Source: Bacteroidales bacterium (GTDB lineage: Bacteria; Bacteroidota; Bacteroidia; Bacteroidales; Muribaculaceae). From it: a stretch of DNA of 64,000 bases. Location: NCBI GenBank assembly GCA_014800795.1, contig JAAVFL010000035.1, positions 6,869 through 70,868 on the forward strand, in the 5' to 3' direction. Each line of letters starts with the position of its first letter. Within the stretch, counting starts at the first letter, position 1. The notes below the pieces were generated by a model. The model was given only the letters and a program-made list of their open reading frames with translations, did no database searches and was not told the DNA's origin. Of the stretch, positions 59,666-64,000 are shown in pieces. A program made the position numbers and the translations under genes.

Positions 59666-60160
59666 TTAGGTAAGTTGCAGCTGATAATCGACTACATCGA
59701 GGAGACGACCGAATTTCCGGCCAACATTGCGGAAACGGGAAACAGGGATGAAGCCGAGCGATTCATGGAAGCGACATGATTCCATGTTTTCGGCTGTTAT
59801 GCATGCTATGAGGGAGAGTATGCCTCGTTGCCGGCATTCGTCAATGAGACAGGTCATAAGTGCCCTTCCTATACCCCTCCCCTTAACTTGGGGCAGAAGG
59901 TAAATGGTGCTTTCAGAAGTAATGTCGTATGCAGGAAATTTTTTCCAGGTATGGGCATAACTGTAGCCGACAATTTCTCCGTTATCTTCGCATACAAAAT
60001 ATGGAAATCGGGAGGATATATCTTCAATGCGCCGCAACATATCGGTTTCCGTCAGTGGTTCAAGTTCGAATGTGGCGGTTGTATTCTCTACATACCAGCG
60101 GTATATGGCGGCTATGCTCCTGACGTCTGCCTCCGGATTTACTTCTCTTATGTTTACCAT
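59666..60160 (-). CDS. GNAT-family N-acetyltransferase (phosphinothricin-acetyltransferase-like).
   Basis: 164 aa with the ...QVKGRGIGRALM... acetyl-CoA binding motif. A TAACTTTG box (minus strand, 60165-60172) lies 4 nt upstream of the ATG. Confidence 0.8.
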   Translation of the reverse strand: MVNIREVNPEADVRSIAAIYRWYVENTTATFELEPLTETDMLRRIEDISSRFPYFVCEDNGEIVGYSYAHTWKKFPAYDITSESTIYLLPQVKGRGIGRALMTCLIDECRQRGILSLIACITAENMESCRFHESLGFIPVSRFRNVGRKFGRLLDVVDYQLQLT

Positions 60161-60312
60161 TATGCAAAGTTACTCATTAATCTGTTGATTAACTACAGTA
60201 CCGCTTGTTTTTACATAGTAGTCCGGAAACAAACGCATCCGAGGCAGTCGGATACTGCGACGGATGCGTTGTCGTCAATCGGGTACAGGGGCCTGATACG
60301 GGGTCTGTGAAA

Positions 60313-63300
60313 TTACTGTTTGATCACCTTGATTGTAGCGGGAGTACCGGAGGTCTCGAGGGTGAGGATATATAGACCGGGATTGAGGGAGGATAGATTG
60401 AGGTCCACGCTTCCGGAAGTATCGCTCAATACGGCTGCACCCGTGGTGTCGAACAGTGTAGCTTTGTGGATCTCCATGTCGGTGAGGATATGGAGAGTAT
60501 CGGTCACCGGGTTGGGATATACGGATACTGCGGCATCTGATGAGGCGGCCGAAGCTATACCTGTGTCGACGGAGCGGGTGAATGAATATTTTCCTGATCC
60601 GAGAGTGAAAACAGCTTTTCCGTCTGCAATACCTTCGAATGTCACTCCCTCGGCTTCTGACGCCGGAAGTCCGCTTTCGAAAAATTCATCTTTGGTTGTC
60701 TCTGCCGGGAGGTAGAGTGTGGCGGTCGTGTTGGCCGGAATTTCAGCTTCATAGCTCAGCTCGTCGCCATTGTTCCATTTCGAGGATATCAGACCGTGAA
60801 CGGAGTTGTATGTAGCTCCGGCATGGGTTATTATTTTCTGGCCGGCCGGAAGAGTAGTGCGGTTGTCGGGAGTGGGACGAAGTATGATGTGTTTGAATCC
60901 GGCTTCTGATTCGTCGGTATCGATACCTGCCATGAAGCTGTAGATCCATTCCGCCACAGCGCCGTATGCATAGTGGTTGAATGAGTTCATGGTGTAGTCG
61001 CCGAATCCATTGTCAAGGCGGTATGAGTCCCAGCGTTCCCAGGTTGTGGTAGCTCCCTGATCCACACTGTAGAGCCATGAGGGACATTCACGCTGCATCA
61101 GCAGATTGTAAGCCTTGTGGTCGAGGCCGTTTTCCGAAAGTGTCTGATTTATCACGCCTGTACCGACGAAGCCGGTGTTAAGTTTCTCGCGATTGGATGT
61201 TATGGCACTTTCGAGACGGTCGACAGTTTTCTGTATGGCCTCCTCGTCGGGCAGCAGACCGAAATGGAGTGCGAGTAGATAGCCGGTCTGGGTAGCTTGT
61301 GAAGGTACACCTCCGTTGATGTAGCGGCGTTTGAATTCGGCGCGTATCTTTTCGAAAAGATCGGCGTATTTCTTAGCTTTCTGGTCGTATGTGTCGCCTT
61401 CTTCCTTACTGAGTGCGCGCGACATTTTTTCCATCAGCTTAACGTCATATGCATAGTAACATACGCTCACATAGCGGGAGTCGGTATTCACGAACGCGAG
61501 CCAGTCGCCGAATGTGGTTCCTGCTCCATTGTATTGGTAGCCGTCGCCGGTCTGGCGCGAGAGCCAGTTCATATATTTCTCCATGGCGGCGTAGTTCTCC
61601 TCGATAATTGATGTGTCGCCATGCATGAGATATACCATCCAGGGCACTACTATGCCGGCATCGGCCCATGCTCCGGCGCCGTTTCCGTCCCAACTTTCCC
61701 AGGGGGAGACATTGGGGAAGGCTCCTTCGCTGTTCTGTCCGTCGCGCACGGTCTCCATCCAGTGGTGGTAGAAAGTAGCGGCATCTGCGTTATACAGTGC
61801 CGTGCGTGCGAATATCTGGGTATCGGCCGCCCATCCGAGGCGTTCGTCGCGTTGCGGGCAGTCGGTGGGTATGCCGATGAAGTTGCTGCGCTGGCTCCAT
61901 ATTACATTGTTGAACAGGCGGTTTACATCGGGATGGCTACATTCGAAAGTCCCTGTATCGGACATGCGTGTGCTGACGGGGCGTCCCTTCACCGACATGA
62001 TCTCTACATCTTCTGTGGCTGTGATCTCGCAGTAGCGGAATCCGAAAAATGTCATGGTAGGCCGGTATGTCTCTCCATTTTCACGGCCAGCGAGGGTATA
62101 GAATGTCTGGGCTTTCGCGCTGCGTAGGTTGAGCAGATAGAGGCTCCCGCCCGGGCCGTCGTTGCCGCGCGATTTCTCACCGGTATCGTTGAGCATTTCA
62201 CTGTAGCGCAGGCGCACGCGGTTACCGCGTTCACCCTTAACGGTGAATTCAACCCAGCCGGCGAAGTTCTGGCCGAAATCATAGATAACACTTTCTCCCT
62301 TGCGGAGTGTGATGGCGGATACATTGTCGTATTTCGATACGATATCTATCATTCCGGCATCGCCGTCGGTATGAACAGGAGTTTTGAATACCGTAGCGCT
62401 TTGGGGCACCATCCCGAACTCGGTAAGTTCTTCGATCGGCGCTGATGCGAGAGCCTGGATGACACCCTTGAATTCGTTGCTGAATTCTACACCGTGCCAT
62501 CCGGTAAGTGTAGCATCTGCCGAACACCAAGGTGTTTCGAGTCGGGCATCATATATCTCTCCCTCGTAGATATCGCCGCGACGCATTGCTCCTCCGGTAG
62601 AACTCATCCAGTTCTGGTCTGTAACAATGGTTTCTGAAGTTCCGTCGGCATAGTCGATAACAAGTTTGGCGATAAATGCCAGTTCCGGGTTCCCGTATGC
62701 ACCGTGGGCTACATCGCCGCGCCACCATCCGTCGGTAACTATGGCACCGACGGCGTTTTTGCCGGCAGCAAGTAGTCCTGTAACATCGTGCATCTGGTAG
62801 GGTACGCGGTGATTATAATCCGTCCGGCCCGGTTTCAGCTCTTCATATCTGGTTGTCCCGTCGGGTTGTGTGTGGCCCACGCGGGTGTCATTGACGAAGA
62901 GATCGTATATTCCGAGGCCGGAAGTGAAGAGTGTGGCCGATTTTATTTCACGGTCAATGGCGAAATCGCGGCGGAACATAGGCTCACCCTTCGAGCCTCG
63001 TTCGAGAACAATGGTTTCTATGCCGCGGATAGGCATGTATAACTTGTTGTTGCCGTTCAAATTCTCTATTATTGCATCATGGAAGTATGCCGATGGCAGA
63101 TGTTCGAAATCCTCGTCGAGAGTTACGGTCGCAGTTCCATCATCGCCGTATACGGTAACCTTTACATTATCGAAGTATGCGTTGTCGCGAAACGATGATG
63201 AATTGTCGACACGGAATCCGATACATCCCATTTTATCTACTACGCCTGTCTGGTCGGTGTAGGTGTCGACCAACACATCGTCGATATATGTTTTTATAAC

Positions 63301-64000
63301 TTTCCCATCAACATCGAGTTTGATATGGTGTCCCTTACCGAGAATATCCGCCTTTCGGAAATTTCTCACCACAACATCGCTATGTTGCGGATATAGGGCG
63401 TTGTTGTAGATATGGTGGCGTACAATGGGATATGTATTGTCGTCGAATGTATTGATCTGCCACATGAGATACGTGCGGGGTCCGGTAGACGCGAATACGA
63501 TTCCGGCATTGTCTGCCATAAGTGTCATATCGGTCTCAACGGTGTAGTGAAGCGGCGATGCTCCGGTTCGTTCCCATGCGTAGACTGATTGCTGTACGGA
63601 GCCTACAACGCGCAGACGGCCGTCTGCAACGTCTCCGCCATCCATTGCGGGGCGATCCGTCGAGAAGTCCTCCTCAAACAGTACCTCGCCCGATTGTGCG
63701 GTTACTTTGAAATTGTCGAAAATCGCGATTTCCGGTTGTCCGTCGCTTTCCCCTTTATCCTGACGTATGCCTACAAGCCCGTAGCCGAATTCGCCTGTGC
63801 GGCTGTCGACCTCAACGTCATCGATATAGGTTGTAGCGTGCTTGCCACCGTCGGTCACTTCAATGCGCACTGCATACTCTTTATGAGCGGTAATCTCCTT
63901 TTTGCCGCGCAGATCGACATTCGCAAGGCATGCGGGGTTTCCGCCCTGCCAGCGGTGCGGACGGAAGCGGGGGTATGCCCCCTCGACATTGAACTGCCAC
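60313..64000 (-). CDS. Alpha-L-rhamnosidase (GH78) with tandem N-terminal ConA/LamG-like domains and a T9SS C-terminal sorting domain. The N-terminus lies beyond the window.
   Basis: GH78 core motifs (…DCPQRDERLGWAADTQIF…, …FGDWLA…). Duplicated ...TYIDDV.VD...FDN.KVT units. C-terminal ...LNPGLYILTLETSGTPATIKVIKQ. The reading frame stays open upstream of the GTG at 63870 to position 64000. Confidence 0.8.
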   Translation of the reverse strand, partial: WQFNVEGAYPRFRPHRWQGGNPACLANVDLRGKKEITAHKEYAVRIEVTDGGKHATTYIDDVEVDSRTGEFGYGLVGIRQDKGESDGQPEIAIFDNFKVTAQSGEVLFEEDFSTDRPAMDGGDVADGRLRVVGSVQQSVYAWERTGASPLHYTVETDMTLMADNAGIVFASTGPRTYLMWQINTFDDNTYPIVRHHIYNNALYPQHSDVVVRNFRKADILGKGHHIKLDVDGKVIKTYIDDVLVDTYTDQTGVVDKMGCIGFRVDNSSSFRDNAYFDNVKVTVYGDDGTATVTLDEDFEHLPSAYFHDAIIENLNGNNKLYMPIRGIETIVLERGSKGEPMFRRDFAIDREIKSATLFTSGLGIYDLFVNDTRVGHTQPDGTTRYEELKPGRTDYNHRVPYQMHDVTGLLAAGKNAVGAIVTDGWWRGDVAHGAYGNPELAFIAKLVIDYADGTSETIVTDQNWMSSTGGAMRRGDIYEGEIYDARLETPWCSADATLTGWHGVEFSNEFKGVIQALASAPIEELTEFGMVPQSATVFKTPVHTDGDAGMIDIVSKYDNVSAITLRKGESVIYDFGQNFAGWVEFTVKGERGNRVRLRYSEMLNDTGEKSRGNDGPGGSLYLLNLRSAKAQTFYTLAGRENGETYRPTMTFFGFRYCEITATEDVEIMSVKGRPVSTRMSDTGTFECSHPDVNRLFNNVIWSQRSNFIGIPTDCPQRDERLGWAADTQIFARTALYNADAATFYHHWMETVRDGQNSEGAFPNVSPWESWDGNGAGAWADAGIVVPWMVYLMHGDTSIIEENYAAMEKYMNWLSRQTGDGYQYNGAGTTFGDWLAFVNTDSRYVSVCYYAYDVKLMEKMSRALSKEEGDTYDQKAKKYADLFEKIRAEFKRRYINGGVPSQATQTGYLLALHFGLLPDEEAIQKTVDRLESAITSNREKLNTGFVGTGVINQTLSENGLDHKAYNLLMQRECPSWLYSVDQGATTTWERWDSYRLDNGFGDYTMNSFNHYAYGAVAEWIYSFMAGIDTDESEAGFKHIILRPTPDNRTTLPAGQKIITHAGATYNSVHGLISSKWNNGDELSYEAEIPANTTATLYLPAETTKDEFFESGLPASEAEGVTFEGIADGKAVFTLGSGKYSFTRSVDTGIASAASSDAAVSVYPNPVTDTLHILTDMEIHKATLFDTTGAAVLSDTSGSVDLNLSSLNPGLYILTLETSGTPATIKVIKQ

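Noticed and set aside
23438-64000. The possibility that the host itself uses a TAG-sense genetic code.
   Set aside because: Host ORFs are long and uninterrupted under the standard code (for example 1654 aa and over 1200 aa). None needs TAG read-through, and the GT39 gene ends in TAG (59589-59591).

Overview
The window has two parts. Positions 1 to about 22.4 kb are the late (structural and lysis) region of an AT-rich, siphovirus-like prophage with an HK97-type head module, truncated at the left edge. The gene order is terminase large subunit, portal, an inserted fiber cassette, prohead protease, major capsid protein, connectors, major tail protein, frameshifted tail chaperone, tape measure, baseplate and fiber genes, and a lysis-like pair. 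These genes make sense only if TAG is read as a sense codon. I hand-counted about 57 in-frame TAGs and found no in-frame TAA or TGA, and every rebuilt gene ends in TAA or TGA. This fits amber reassignment, probably to Gln as in genetic code 15. Two genes at the right end of the phage contain no internal TAG, so they are translatable in the standard code: a terminator/promoter-insulated 'moron' and a ParB-like gene. An ORF-free stretch of about 1 kb follows, with GGTACATT iterons and long-range inverted repeats, and it ends at the 3' end of a tRNA-Arg(TCT). From about 23.3 kb to 64 kb the sequence is GC-rich, standard-code Bacteroidota (Bacteroidales-like) chromosome. It carries dapA, thioredoxins, an IMPase, two nagB genes, a pheA/aminotransferase/DAHP-synthase-chorismate-mutase/tyrA operon, a POT transporter, sufE, an M28 peptidase, TamA/TamB, a lipid kinase, a T9SS-tagged endonuclease I, GT9 plus DUF4254, TrmH, an M48 peptidase, tRNA-Gln(CTG), DUF5131, DUF3737, malY-like, MATE, GT39, GNAT and a T9SS-tagged GH78 rhamnosidase. 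The aromatic operon is preceded by a Phe/Tyr-rich leader peptide and a terminator/antiterminator. Host assignment rests on TAnnTTTG -7 promoter boxes, T9SS C-terminal domains and gene content. No suppressor tRNA, integrase, CRISPR array or rRNA is visible in the window.
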